From positions 941,038 to 1,005,037 of the forward strand of contig NMRA01000054.1 of assembly GCA_002633005.1 (NCBI GenBank): a stretch of DNA of 64,000 bases, written 5' to 3'. This DNA is from Phoronis australis (Eukaryota > Animalia > Phoronida). Position 1 is the stretch's first letter; every line of letters begins with the position of its first letter. This document shows positions 1 through 11,937 of the stretch, in pieces. Both the position numbers and the translations under genes were made by a program. The notes below the pieces were generated by a model. It saw only the letters and a list, made by a program, of their open reading frames with translations. It made no database searches and was not told where the DNA came from.

Positions 1-315
1 GATGGCATTGAAATCTGTCTCAACTTTAGTAAAAAATAACTGCAAACATTGCGTTTCCCCTATTCAGTATATAAAATCCTGAATGCCTATGTTGCTTAGT
101 GTAGCCTTCTGTGGAGTATTAAGTTTCCAGGTGTTTATATGAGATGAAAGGTACTAGTTCTGACTTGTAGCAATGAACTCAGTTACTGGATTGGAAATAT
201 GTGATGATTTTATTCTGCTGTTATATTGCATCTGATTACTTTGATGGCATGATATTTTTGTTTTCAGTTCATGAGCGAGCCAGTCCTATCTTGACAGAAG
301 ACAGCACTGCTAGTC

Positions 316-888
316 ATGTCTTGGTTATGGCGTCATTACACACGCCTGTTGAACAAACACCCGTTCATCGTCCAGTGCTCTACTACAGGGGTATTGATGG
401 GTGCCGGTGATTTTATCGCACAAGTCGCTGTCGAACGACGTACAATCCAGGACACCTACGAACCAAGACGAACTCTTAAGTACTTTGCAGTCGGCCTCTG
501 TTATGGTGGACCCATTTTTCGCACCTGGTACTATACACTGGCCAAGATGTTCCCGAAGTCCCCTCCCAAGGTGGCCGTCCTGAAACGTGTCTTCATGGAT
601 CAGTGTATATTTGCACCAGTATTCATTTTGAGCTTCATCGCAGTCGTCGGTTTCGTTCGTCCTGACCCCTGGGATGAGATTAAACATAAGATCAAGCGAG
701 ATTACCGAGACATAATGGTGACCAACTACATCTTTTGGCCAGCGGCTCAGCTAATCAACTTTCACTTCGTGCCTCTCCACCATCGTGTCCTCGTTGTCAA
801 TTGTTACTCAATCCTGTGGAACACGTTTATTGCCTGGAAAGCTGAGAGAGCAGTTGTAAAGCTTCAGTCTGAATTACTGAGTGAATAA
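316..888 (+). CDS. MPV17: Mpv17/PMP22-family mitochondrial inner-membrane protein (190 aa), CDS in one exon
   Basis: Complete ORF with family motifs: LLNKHPFIVQCSTTGVLMGAGDFIAQ, RRTLKYFAVG, KRVFMDQCIFAP, NYIFWPAAQLINFHFVPLHHRVLVVNCYSILWNTFIAW. Splice acceptor (ttttgttttcag) ends at 267, so an upstream 5'UTR exon lies outside or at the edge of the window. Confidence 0.9.
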   Translation: MSWLWRHYTRLLNKHPFIVQCSTTGVLMGAGDFIAQVAVERRTIQDTYEPRRTLKYFAVGLCYGGPIFRTWYYTLAKMFPKSPPKVAVLKRVFMDQCIFAPVFILSFIAVVGFVRPDPWDEIKHKIKRDYRDIMVTNYIFWPAAQLINFHFVPLHHRVLVVNCYSILWNTFIAWKAERAVVKLQSELLSE

Positions 889-2742
889 GGGTGTGTGGCA
901 ATTGCGGTATCAATTCCCATTTGTTGAGATGAGCATTATATATCTCATGTCAATTTTATGTAGGGTTCATCTTTTTATGTGCTGTTTACAAGTGTGGTTT
1001 ACTGGTTAAACAAATGTAAGATTGTAATTTTGATTTAAGCCATAATGCAAAATGGCTGTGATGTAACATTAGGAATTTCAGGGAATACAAACTGGACGTG
1101 CTATTGTCTGATTCATGGAGTAGGCTAAGAGTGAAAAAGGGCAATATAAGCATGTTGGTTCGTTGGGCCTTCAACTAGCATGTATTTGCGTGAAACCGCA
1201 TTTAGTGTGTTAAACAAAGACTTGTTGTGTGCTCAGAAATTTTGAGTGCCATGAGTAGGTCAGCTAGCTTATCTGTACGCTTTATTATGATGAAATCACG
1301 TTATGCAGACATTATCCATCCTACAGTTTTTCGAAGAATTTACAACAGCTTTTTGATGCGTTTCTACCATTGTGAAACTTGACAAGACTAGCACCATTTT
1401 TCCTCCACAAGTCAATATCTAAAAATAAATCCCAAATTTAGACTGTAACTGTAAGCCCTAGGGGACGTATTTGGAAAAGAGCCCATTTGTGGCTTTTCTA
1501 GTACCCTGTATGTCGTAAATCAAGCGAAACTGTAGGGTTTTGGTTACAGACGTACTCAAAGATATTTTTGAGGAGCAGCGATTTGAAGAGCCCTTGATTC
1601 CACTGGCAAATAAGTACTCCCTTGAATAGAGTTTTCTCATGGACACTTGAAGAATACTGGTCTCTAGTATGCATAATGCATTTTGTGCACTTATTGGTGC
1701 TTATCTTGCATAAGTTTAAAACTATTTGATCCTTGTCATTGTTGAATACACCTTTATTTCTGAAATTGGAAAACTGGTTGATTAAATCATTCGAAAAATG
1801 ACAATTTTCCTAAAGTTTGGAGTCTTTTGTGACATTGAAGCATTAAAAATAATTGCCCATTTAGAAATGTTAAGTTTGTGTTCCTAAAGAAAAATGCATT
1901 TCTTTCGAAAATTGGAAAAAATTGACATTCAAGCAAACAGACATTTTACTTCATGAATTGAAGACTTCTGTCCAGATTTAACTGTACAAGTTTGTCTCAG
2001 AAGGAATTGAAGTTGTACTTTGATAGAGTTCGTATAATATAATGCAATGTATAAACAGGAAGACTACAATTAAGGAATAGCCAGTTGAGAAATGTTTACT
2101 GTTGCTGGATGCAATGAAAATTTGTATTGTTTAAATAGCTGTCCTCTTTACTTATTTATTATTAATGCTCCTGCACTCATAATGCATAACTTGGTCACTT
2201 TTGCTTGAATCACCATGTAAATCTCTGAATGGTTGTGCCTGTCATGTATTATTCATGAAGCTCATCCTGAAATAACACAACACCACTCTCATTCTTAGGT
2301 ATTTACCCACAATGCAAAACATGTATCTAGCTTTTCCATATGCAAATGTACTAGTCACTTGCTCGTCTCCCAGTTATCACGTAATTTACCATTTTTATGC
2401 AAACAAACATGTATTATTGCATTTTGAGTTGCGGTGTTGCAACAAGAAATTGGAAAGGTTAAACACCAATGGGGATGTTCAATATATTGTCCCGTGTATG
2501 AGTGGCTGATGTTTTGAGAAGTTTGTCTGTTGTGAAATGCATTTTTCTACCTATCCTAAGAGGAGAGTTTTATTCAGGACAAGTCTACTGATTTCTGTAT
2601 TCATGGTGATAGGTTTGAGTTAACTCGAAGTTCCCCTGTAGAATTTAAAGTGGCATTAAACACGTTGTTTCTGGCCACTTGGTTATAAAAGTTATAGATC
2701 TTGTCTTGTTCCAGTTTAAAATTCATCTGTGGTCTTGAAAAG

Positions 2743-2918
2743 AACTGAGAGTGACCTGAAACTTCATGACCTTGGTCTGAAGAAATAGTAAACTGAGAGT
2801 GGTCTGAAGAAATAGTAAACTGATAGTGACCTGAAACTTCATGAACTTGGTCTGAAGAAATAGTAAACTGAGAGTGACCTGAAACTTCATGAACTTGGTC
2901 TGAAGAAATAGTGAACTG
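2743..2918. repeat. 48-bp minisatellite, three full units plus one internally deleted 27-bp unit
   Basis: Unit ctgagagtgacctgaaacttcatgaacttggtctgaagaaatagtaaa read directly. It explains the repetitive 130-aa ORF at 2601-2993(-). Confidence 0.9.
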
Positions 2919-3175
2919 CCAATGTTTTCCTGGCCCAGAAATCACACCTATTTTGACAAAGCAGTAGTGACTTTGACACCAACATAATGGCAAATGGTCT
3001 AAATTAAAACTGTTTTGACTGAAAACATGGCAGTTTTCTTCATAATGACATAACTTGAGTTTAAGGCAGACAAAACACTCTACCTCTTTTGTATCAGTTA
3101 AGTTTACCTATTTTGGTGATGTATTTTTAACTATAAATGAAGTTGTGATTTTAAGAAGATTTTGAAGTTAAGACT

Positions 3176-3510
3176 AACATTTGCATGTTTATGAAATTTT
3201 ATTGTATACCAGCCAGTAAGAAATGTCCAATGAGTTCGATAAGTTTCTTTCAGATTTTGAAGAACAATTATTTTTCTCGAATTTAAAATAATTGCTTTCT
3301 ATTTAGTTTACATTTTATTGAAGTGATGTTTAGAGTTAAACATTTGCGTGTTTATGAAATTTTATTGTACACCAGCCAGTAAAAAAAATACTCCAGTGAG
3401 TATAATAATTTCCTTTATAAGTCTTTGAAGAACAATTACTTTTCTTCAGTTTGACATAATTGCGTTCTGTTTGGTTTTGATTTGATTGAAGTGGTGATTG
3501 TTAAAGTTAA
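3176..3510. repeat. Diverged tandem duplication, about 160-bp unit x2
   Basis: aacatttgc[a/g]tgtttatgaaattttattgta[t/c]accagccagtaa...ttgaagaacaatta...ttgaagtg occurs near 3177 and again near 3339. Confidence 0.8.
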
Positions 3511-3849
3511 GTTTATTTTATCCATAAATAAGTATTTCAAATTATTAATGTGATTACAGGGGTGTTTGTATTTCTGTGTGTGGCTTTTTTCATTAACTAC
3601 TTGTAACTTGTAACAGAATTTTACTCAAATGTCATGTTGTATAACATTGTTTCAAATATTTTTCTCGTTCAAACGTCCTTTTACTCTGGTGGTACAGGTA
3701 CGGTCGGTTGCCATGTTATAATAAATATTTACGCAAATATACTGTGTTGTGACTTTGTCTCAGCCGGTACATGGAAAGTCGTGGGTCAGAAATCGCCACA
3801 TTCAACCACTCAAGTATAAGTTTGAATGCTACAGGTGATATTGGGCTAC

Positions 3850-3996
3850 CAGTAGCGGATCCAGGATTTTGAGTTAGGGGGGCCAGGGCAGAGTATTAGC
3901 CAGGATTTTGTCCGTCAGACATTTGCACCCCCGTACTGCCAAATGGAATCTGTGAGAATTTTAGGGGGGCCATGGCCCCCTCTAAATCCGCCACTG
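3850..3996 (+). mobile_element. MITE (about 147 bp) with 5-bp TSD, hAT5-like non-autonomous element
   Basis: TIRs cagtagcggat...atccgccactg, flanked by gctac at 3845-3849 and 3997-4001. Confidence 0.8.
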
Positions 3997-4362
3997 GCTA
4001 CACATTTCGTTCTTCGGCTATGAATGTTATACGCTGCCAGTCCACTAACGTTGAATCTGTTATAACCAAAACCCGCCTTCCGTCAAAGAGGATTCCGACT
4101 CGGTTCTCCGCTTTTGGCCTAAAACTGGTAACGTTCCTTAGTTTGGTGAGAGTGGTGGATTTTGAGTCAGAAATGAACTAACAGCCATGTTGCTTCGTGC
4201 TCGACTTATGGCCGCCGGACACTAGCCACTCAAGTGTACCCCACACTACAGTTACCCTAGAACAAGTTCACCCCTGGAACGAGTTGTCGCTAGGTTTAGT
4301 CAGTAGTGTGGGCGCTACTTGCGCTGGAGCAACTTGACACAATTGACAACTTACGCCCACCC

Positions 4363-4511
4363 CAGTGGCGGATTTAGAGGGGGGCCATGGCCCCCCTAAA
4401 ATTCTCCAAGATTCCATTGGGCAGTTCGGGAGTGCCAATGTCTGACAGGCAAAATCATTACTAATACTCTGCCCTGGCCTCCCCTAACTCAAAATCCTGG
4501 ATCCGCCCATG
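4363..4511 (-). mobile_element. Second copy of the same MITE, inverted orientation, 5-bp TSD
   Basis: Reverse-complement similarity over the full length to 3850-3996. Flanked by caccc at 4358-4362 and 4512-4516. Confidence 0.8.
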
Positions 4512-6055
4512 CACCCTATCGAGGTAGCGGGGTAAGCTGTTCTGGGATAACTTGTCTCAGCGGAAGTAGTACGTTACAAGGTGGAAGTTATGCTAGGGAT
4601 GTCCACGGAACTCTAGGACTCATACGTGTACCATGCTTTCAAGTGAAAGTTTGCGATCCCGAGATTTCGCGAGAGTGGCCGCGACAGCGAGCACTGTAAT
4701 TTCCTGTTCAATTGAGATTTGAGTAGTGTTGTAAAGTAGTTATGATATCAAGCCTCTAATTTCATTGCTCCATTTTCATTTTGCCATTTTTGTTCATAAT
4801 GAAATCGTCACATAAGCGAAGATCACTTGAGGTACGGTTCCAGACAACCAGCGATTTTTCGATTTTATATACTGCCATGGCCGTAGGAAGCGTGGGGGGC
4901 GGGGGGCCGTGCCCCCCTTCCCCAAAAAATTGCAGGGGTCAAGGTTAAACCATGGTAACCGACATACGCTTGGGGCCGAAAGCAGGCGAGAAAAGAAAGA
5001 CTACAAATACGGCTAAGAGAGAAAATTCAAGAGAACATTTGACAACTCATGATCAGTGTATGGTTTACCCTTTGAGGGCCCTGGCCAGGACATTGTTGTT
5101 AGGGTCTTCCTTTTTGCTGCATAAATGTAGGCCGTCTAAATGCACTTGAAAATGTGCACTTAATCATTCATACATGTATTTCGAAAAATCGAGAAAATTC
5201 GAAGCTTTTGCGGAGCATATTAATTCACTTGATTTGTGAATACAATAAGACAGTTTTGCGGATGCATAAATGCAAAATTATATTTTCCAGAGGCCCTTCT
5301 CTAGCAAGGTATAACGAAGACAACTGTAGCTCTATTTTTTTCGTGTTTTACTTTCTCTAAATTGTGTATCACTTGAGAAAATTGATGGCTTGGCAGATAA
5401 CATCAATTGTTGCGCATTTCCTGACTTGAAAATATAGATCTCAGAGGCCCAGCTCTTGAAGAAGACCATTGATGACATTCAAGTGGCCAAACTATTCGTG
5501 TTTTAATTCTTAAGGGGTTGCTCAAGAAGACAGGAACCATTGTTGAAATCGATTATCTCTATTTTCTTGTTTTTTGTGAAATCGTACAACCGGGTTTCAG
5601 GTTGAGGATAGTCACTTCTTGCAAGGTCATCCGACAATGGAATGAGCTGTCACTCTTTTCCGAGGTTAGTGATGTGTAGCCTTTCATCTTAGGTGTCCCA
5701 TTTCAGACGGGACCCCCTCTCAGTGGGGCGGTTCGGAATCCCTCTATACATGTAAATCTGCCACTGCCAAATATTCACGAGGGGAAGTTGAGATTCCAAA
5801 TTCACCAAAAACCCAAAAACAACCGTGCACAGCACAGCAATATCAAAACATGTGACCCAAACAACCAAAAATGNTTGCAATACATGTGGCCAGATGAAAA
5901 ACACAATAGGATTGACCACCATCAAAAAGTTTTGAAGAACGTGAAGATCACTATTTGTGAAGTACACAAAAAGGCTACTTCTGATGGTTATAAATAATGC
6001 TAAATTTTTCCAATAGTATCACAAGAATAGTATTTCTTTTGAAGGTCGTTACTAG

Positions 6056-6204
6056 CAGTGTTGTAGTGGTAAAATTAGAGGTAAGTAGGCACCTGAAGCC
6101 CACCGTATTACATTGAGCACTGAACGTAACTTACGGTGCGTTGGCGCTACGTTCAAAAGGTGGTTGGCTGCGCCAACGTGCGCCTACGCCCCACTACAGC
6201 ACTG
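6056..6204 (+). mobile_element. hAT-like MITE (about 149 bp)
   Basis: TIRs cagtgttgtagtgg / ccactacagcactg. Imperfect 8-bp flanks gttactag / gttaccat. An inverted copy lies at about 59950-60097. Confidence 0.75.
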
Positions 6205-7612
6205 GTTACCATGAACTGTTTGAATAAAATTAAACTTATTGCTCATCAACTTGGAAAGGTTCTCTTTGCACTTCCTCGATGTTGTTAGTTTCCAGTAGTA
6301 TTGCGCAATGAATTTTCTTCAAAACTGAATCATTTGCTTTCCATTCCTGTGCATATTTATTTATTTATTATTGTGATATTTAAAATGAGGGTGGCCTCTC
6401 CAGTGACAGCACTGCTTTCCAAGAGGGCATACTACACACACGGAGCACGTCGTGATTGACGCACCCGCGATAAGAAGTGTGTACATTTTTGGGACACACT
6501 CTGTATCATTTCCCTCAGCTACAAGAAAGTGGACTACCGGCTGCGTTTCATCAAGGAATTTTGAAACGGCCACAAAGGCACTCATACCAGGGACCTCGGA
6601 ACCTCACCTTTCCAAAAAATTCCTTCAAAGAATGGCCATGATAAAATGAAGTTTTCTCGAAACTTGATCATAATAAAACGAATCTTGACCTTAGAGCCAG
6701 CGCAGAGGAATAGGTACGAGCTAAGCTGCCTGTCTCAAATGAATCATGCGGCTGAGCTGACCAGCGACTTGCTCTAGTTCATCGAATCCACTGTTGAACC
6801 CAGCTACCCGTCAGTGCGCTGGCCTATACCCATTCTTACTCTCCGTGAAACTTTGTTGGTTCACGGTTACTAACCCTGATGGCTGCACCTCAGGTATTAA
6901 CCCCCACCCCAACCCACCTATGGCGGACGTGGGGGGTTGGTACAGATGTGACGGTGACATCCAGAGAACGGGGGGTGGGGGTGGCGACAGAAAAGAGATA
7001 GGTCGGCGAGGTCGAATAATTTTTACCCTCCTACGGACCTGGACTGAATAGTCAATTTTGGAGTCCGGTTCCAGACAAAATTAGTCAATCAGACTCCTCA
7101 GTTACACTTTTCATTCTTTACACGCACCGACCAGTGGCTTTAGCTGGACGCGAAACGTTACAAATGGCTAAATTCATCGACAATTTCTGATAAAACGGGC
7201 CTCAAAACTTGGCGTGTCGGCGAAACAGCTGATTTCATAGCTAAAAATACATTTAGACGTGCAGGATATTTTTCCAAGCTCCCTCAAAAGGTGGTGCTGC
7301 ATTCCCTTCAAAAGTAGTTTGCACTCACACAAAAGGTGCATAGAGGATGCATTCACTTCTGTTACCCATCATGCCTGCGATGAGGATGTCTTTCCTACGG
7401 TTTCTCTTTTGGAATTAAGTTTTTTAAATTAACCACACTGTTTTACTTTTCGGAGGAAGTAATCCGCAAATGGGACTCCCAGTTTTCGTGCCTCTTCTAT
7501 ACAACGGCAGGCTGCGCGAACCCGCCAAAAACTGAAACAGGAGTAATCCTCAGGGTCAAAACCAAAAGATTAACACCGTGAAATAATTTCAATGAGATAA
7601 TACATTAACATA

Positions 7613-7762
7613 CTAAGCGGATCCAGGGGGTCAAGAGGGTTCAGACCCACTTTTCCTTGATTTTGGTGATATTAAATCTAAAATTTTCAAATTGTTGATT
7701 TGGACCCCCATTTTAAATCCTTGATCCGACCCCCTATTTGAAAAATCCTGGATCCGCTCCTG
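7613..7762. mobile_element. Degenerate MITE of the gcggatccag...ctggatccgc type
   Basis: Ends agcggatccagggg and aaatcctggatccgctcctg resemble the 3850/4363 family termini. No clear TSD. Confidence 0.55.
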
Positions 7763-8862
7763 AAAAAGCATACCATCTCTCAGACATAGCACCTACGCAA
7801 TTGTACATGATGACACAGTTTATTCGTGCACCTTTTTGGAATAGGGCCTTTTTCCGCCTTCGCTTTATAGTCGCTCCGTGAGACGACAGTTTCCGATACT
7901 GTGCAGTCACGAATCTACTTGATAGCAATGTTTGATTGAAACCAATATTGCGTAATGCTTATTGTCAAGAAGCCCATATTCGATGTGTCGGATGACTATA
8001 TGTGATTAAAACCGGGAGTGCCGCTTACCATCCATCCTGTTTTTGGAGAGGGTTCTGCATCTGAGGATCAGAAATAGATTGCTTAGCAAACGTAAATTTT
8101 GAATTTTTAACCCAGGTTTAACCAACATCTTGTTTCTGAGAATTTTACTACATACATAAATGTGCTTACTATCTCCTAACGTTGTCTAGCTTCAGGTGTT
8201 CTTGTTTCCCGTTTCCCGCCAAATGGGTTTTTGATTTTGTTGTTTCACATGCAAAATAATATTTTCAGTTTCCCCATGTGAGAATTCGAAAAATAGAGTG
8301 CCAAGACATTTTCTTAACGTTTTACCCTGATTTTATTCTGAAAATTGTTATACATAAGGTGTCCTTAGAGAAAAAGGAGGTATATCCTATCGATAGCAGC
8401 ACGTTCTCGCATACCTTATATATTATGAACGCAAGTACTCCTTTGCCCGAAAATAGACGTGTTGTGGATTTCGATGTAGTCATATGCAAAAATGAAATTT
8501 TTAGTTATCCATTCTGTCAGCATGATAAACAAACTAATGAATCCCGGGTGACAACGAAGACTTCTATAATAATAATTGCGTCTGAATTAGAGTCAGGTTG
8601 TTTGCCTGCTTCAATAAAGTAAGTTCCATTTACATGATACTATGAGATCGAATAACGCAGATTCGTGACATCTGTAAAAACACAACCTGAATATGCTCTT
8701 TTACTCACATCCGTTTCGTAGGCGCGTACAATTACTCTGGTGGTTCTTGCACTGAACTCTTTTTCATTCTCTAGACGATCGTTTATTTGCTTCCGAATTA
8801 CTTTTCGCGTTATCAATACATAAAAATCCATCTTAAATTACTTCGGTGACTTGTTCAGCCTT

Positions 8863-8876
8863 GTTGCAATGGCAAC
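8863..8876. promoter_or_regulatory. Candidate RFX X-box
   Basis: GTTGCAATGGCAAC, one mismatch from the palindromic X-box GTTGCCATGGCAAC, about 1.75 kb upstream of the 434-aa ORF. Function is inferred only. Confidence 0.35.
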
Positions 8877-9986
8877 ATCAACACGATCATACAAGTGGTA
8901 TGATATATAGACCCCCTACCTTAGAAATAGTTCAAATATTACTGGGTTACTTCATTTCCTTCAAAAAACAGCATTCCATTGTGATATAATTCGATAGAGC
9001 AGGAAGGTAAGAGAATCTGACGTATTTCCAATAAGCGTACACTAGTCTTTGTGTTTTTTAAATGTCATCCAAATAGATACAAATTACCACTTTTTCAACA
9101 TCCCCCTCCCCACACGAAATAATGATTCTGGTGTAAAAGGTCTGCAATATTGGTTAATGAATTTGTTGAATAAATATTCTTGGAAGGAAACTGATAACAA
9201 GTACAAAAGCTATTTGCTGTTCTGTCTAAATTATCCTTTTTATTACTATCGTGATCAATCACTGTCGTTTTTTCAATATTTACTTTTATCGTTGTTTTTA
9301 TCTCTGTAATGTAATAATCCCTAAGATGGTCATTAATATCAGTTAACGCTTTTCACTATGTTTTACGTTATTTTAAATACTTTTTTAAACTCTCAAATGC
9401 ATGTTTATAATAAGATTTTTTTTCAGAAATGTCGAGCGCTCAAAATTGTTGGATCGAAGTAAAAAACTTTGCATGTGCAACACTCAAGATGTGTCAGGTG
9501 AGCAGTAAGGTGAGATCGTGCTAATCCTTGTTGACAGTGAAAGTTCTTTAAACACGAGACAATGAATCGAATCGCACTAAAACACCTCAAGTGCTGTATA
9601 ATGAAAATAACGTGAACTAATTTTTGAAAGGGGATCCCTGAGTGTTTGCTCTCTATTGATTTCAACTGAACGGCCTAGTCTTGGTATCTAACCATTCTTG
9701 TTGTGTAGTTAAGTTATTGAGGACTTGTGTAAACCCGTCCGTCGGTTGAGCACTTTATGAACGTCAATAAGAACTCTTATAAATGTCTAGTGATCTGATA
9801 GAAAAATATCACATTTGTCAGCATTGGCTAATATACAGACGTAAGTGATCTGGGAATGCTTGCATATCACCATATCACCACATGAAGGTTATGCTAGCAA
9901 ATTAGATTGGCGAGGTTGACTATTATGTTGTGATAGAAAAGGTAAGGAGACGAGAAAAATTACTTCGCAGCATTACCAGGCATGTT

Positions 9987-10140
9987 GGCCGGTTGCATGA
10001 AACAGTACCATTAGAGGTTCTGTTATGAACTTAGTTTACTCACTGAATCTTCCTTCACTTAGCCGTTATTCTGAGCTTGTCTTTTACTTGTGATGTTTTC
10101 TAATTAAATATCTGAAAACAGAGTCCTTCTTTCAATGAAA
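9987..10140. mobile_element. Partial, diverged copy of the 51649-52038 MITE family
   Basis: ggccggttgcatgaaacagtacca... and ttttctaattaaatatctgaaaacagagtcc match the left TIR and internal sequence at 51650-51820. Confidence 0.5.
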
Positions 10141-10632
10141 ATAAATAGAAATTAAGTCTCTAAATTAGGAGCGTTTCACGAAAAGATCTCTGTTTACTTC
10201 CAACAATTTTAAGAATTAAACGTATAGTTTACTTTCCGTTTGTAACAAAGATAAAACTTGACACAGCAATGAAGATAAAACAACAAAAGAACGGACAATC
10301 AGTGTTTGCGCAAAGTCCATAAATACCCTGAAAATTTCAAGAGCATACTCGACTATTTCGTGAATTCGGCCACAGAGCCCTGGAGCTTGGGATCAACATT
10401 ATTTCATTTAATGGGATTATACTCCAAAAAAAATTAATATCACAGCGCGTAATCCTTTACGAAATTACTGCTTCAGTGATATCTTTTTCAGCTTAGAAGT
10501 TAATTTAACTTCTTATTAGGTATACGCATATTGACAAATGATCTGAAATAGTATATCCCGTTTTGCTTGATTTTTGTATGACATCAGATTAGCTTTTGTC
10601 GAACTTTAAATTTTTATAGTTGCTGACTCGAC

Positions 10633-11937
10633 ATGGCGAGCCACGAGACGTCTAAATCTGGAAAGGATCCCAAAAGCGTATTTCATCAGGCCGAAAAACG
10701 AATGGAAAGGGTTCGCTTTAATAACTACAGAGCGGAAAGGAGGTTAAGAGACGACTTAGAAGGTTTGGACAAATCCGAACAGATCAAGATGACTGAATTG
10801 CGTCATCAAGTCCTATTGTTACAGATGGAACTCCGTTCGCGGCGCTGCAAAGAAGCAGTGATGATACTAAAAGATGGGCTAAGCGATAGCAAACTCGTAA
10901 CACGACCAAAAGTTGTTCAAACTCCAGCAGTCGAAAAGAAAAGAGACGATCCGCCAAAACAACAAGTAACCAGTTTACATCAAAGATGGCACCAAATTTG
11001 TTACCCGAGACCATTTCTTTCGGAACCTACCCCAGAGACAACAGTGGCTCCACACGTGAGCACAGAAAGACGTTTCAGCGCGTTTGTGTCGCAGAATGCA
11101 CCGCTCAATACAGACTATGTGAGAGACATTAAAACTGCACCGCCACTAATAACCGAGAGCGCCACAGAATGTTCCGCAAAAGGAAAAGGCGGTTCTAATA
11201 AAGTCCTGTTTGACTTTGATGAATCTTTCAGTGACGATGAAGTATTTTCTGATGACAATGCCATCGAAAGAGTGGCAAAGGGGAACAATTTTAAACACGC
11301 TGCACTGTTCAAAAAAGCAACAAAACTGCTCATGAACTCCAAACGGATTCAAAGCACGGACAATGAACCGAAAGCGGACATGTATACAGATGGTTCGATG
11401 GCGCTGGCCATGCGTCAGTTGGAATATAAACGGCGGGCTACTATGCCTGCGTTAACTGGACATTTACCGATGCGAAAACGCTCTGTTATCATAAGTGACC
11501 CTAAAGATAAAAACAACATTCGATCTCGGCAAAAATTTTCATCGAAAGCGCATAACTTCAGGTCAAAGTCCGCACACCAAACTACATCCAATAACGGGAG
11601 AAAGCTTAAGGGAAAAAAGAAAATGGACGATCTTTCGATTTTACCTCAATTACATAGATTTACAATTTCTACGTTGGATTTTGACGTCAATCGTATTTAC
11701 ATTCCGAGGAAAAAGGAAGCTGCCAGTGCTCGGGAGGAAAGCAAAAAAAGTCAGGAACAAATTCAAAAATTGAAACACGTCAACCAAACGGAAAAGTACA
11801 ATGAAACGCTTGGAAAAATTAAAGTTTTTCTTGGAGGCCACGCACCTCGTGGCAGTCATGTCAAAGTGAAGCAGCTAACTGAGGAAGAAAAACACATGTT
11901 AAATAACTTCAAAATTAAATTGGGTACTGCTGTTTAA
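10633..11937 (+). CDS. Uncharacterised 434-aa protein with N-terminal coiled coil, a basic disordered central region and a short C-terminal helical segment
   Basis: 1305-bp uninterrupted ORF in AT-rich DNA. Good Kozak context (gacATGG). Acceptor tttttatag just upstream, ending at 10619. Heptad-like segment RAERRLRDDLEGLDKSEQIKMTELRHQVLLLQMEL. Confidence 0.75.
   Translation: MASHETSKSGKDPKSVFHQAEKRMERVRFNNYRAERRLRDDLEGLDKSEQIKMTELRHQVLLLQMELRSRRCKEAVMILKDGLSDSKLVTRPKVVQTPAVEKKRDDPPKQQVTSLHQRWHQICYPRPFLSEPTPETTVAPHVSTERRFSAFVSQNAPLNTDYVRDIKTAPPLITESATECSAKGKGGSNKVLFDFDESFSDDEVFSDDNAIERVAKGNNFKHAALFKKATKLLMNSKRIQSTDNEPKADMYTDGSMALAMRQLEYKRRATMPALTGHLPMRKRSVIISDPKDKNNIRSRQKFSSKAHNFRSKSAHQTTSNNGRKLKGKKKMDDLSILPQLHRFTISTLDFDVNRIYIPRKKEAASAREESKKSQEQIQKLKHVNQTEKYNETLGKIKVFLGGHAPRGSHVKVKQLTEEEKHMLNNFKIKLGTAV

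Noticed and set aside
325-687. Antisense ORFs over MPV17 (likewise those over 10633-11937, 48196-48528 and 49369-49524)
   Set aside because: Shadow ORFs of genuine coding exons.
2601-2993. 130-aa repetitive ORF (SQFTISSDQVHEVSGH)n; also superficially array-like
   Set aside because: It is open only because the repeat units (48 and 27 bp) are multiples of 3. There are no unique spacers, so it is not CRISPR-like.
5380-6000. Possible second Penelope/GIY-YIG remnant
   Set aside because: Only vague fragments (QY.GQ.K-like); too degenerate to support.
6230-6650. Coding-looking GC-balanced stretch with 65-74 aa ORFs
   Set aside because: No recognisable domain and no consistent splice sites in any frame examined.
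8212-8223. Overlapping E2F-like site TTTCCCGCCAAA (similar motifs near 13180 and 57434)
   Set aside because: Short motifs expected by chance; no TSS evidence except proximity of 57434 to the SMAP start.
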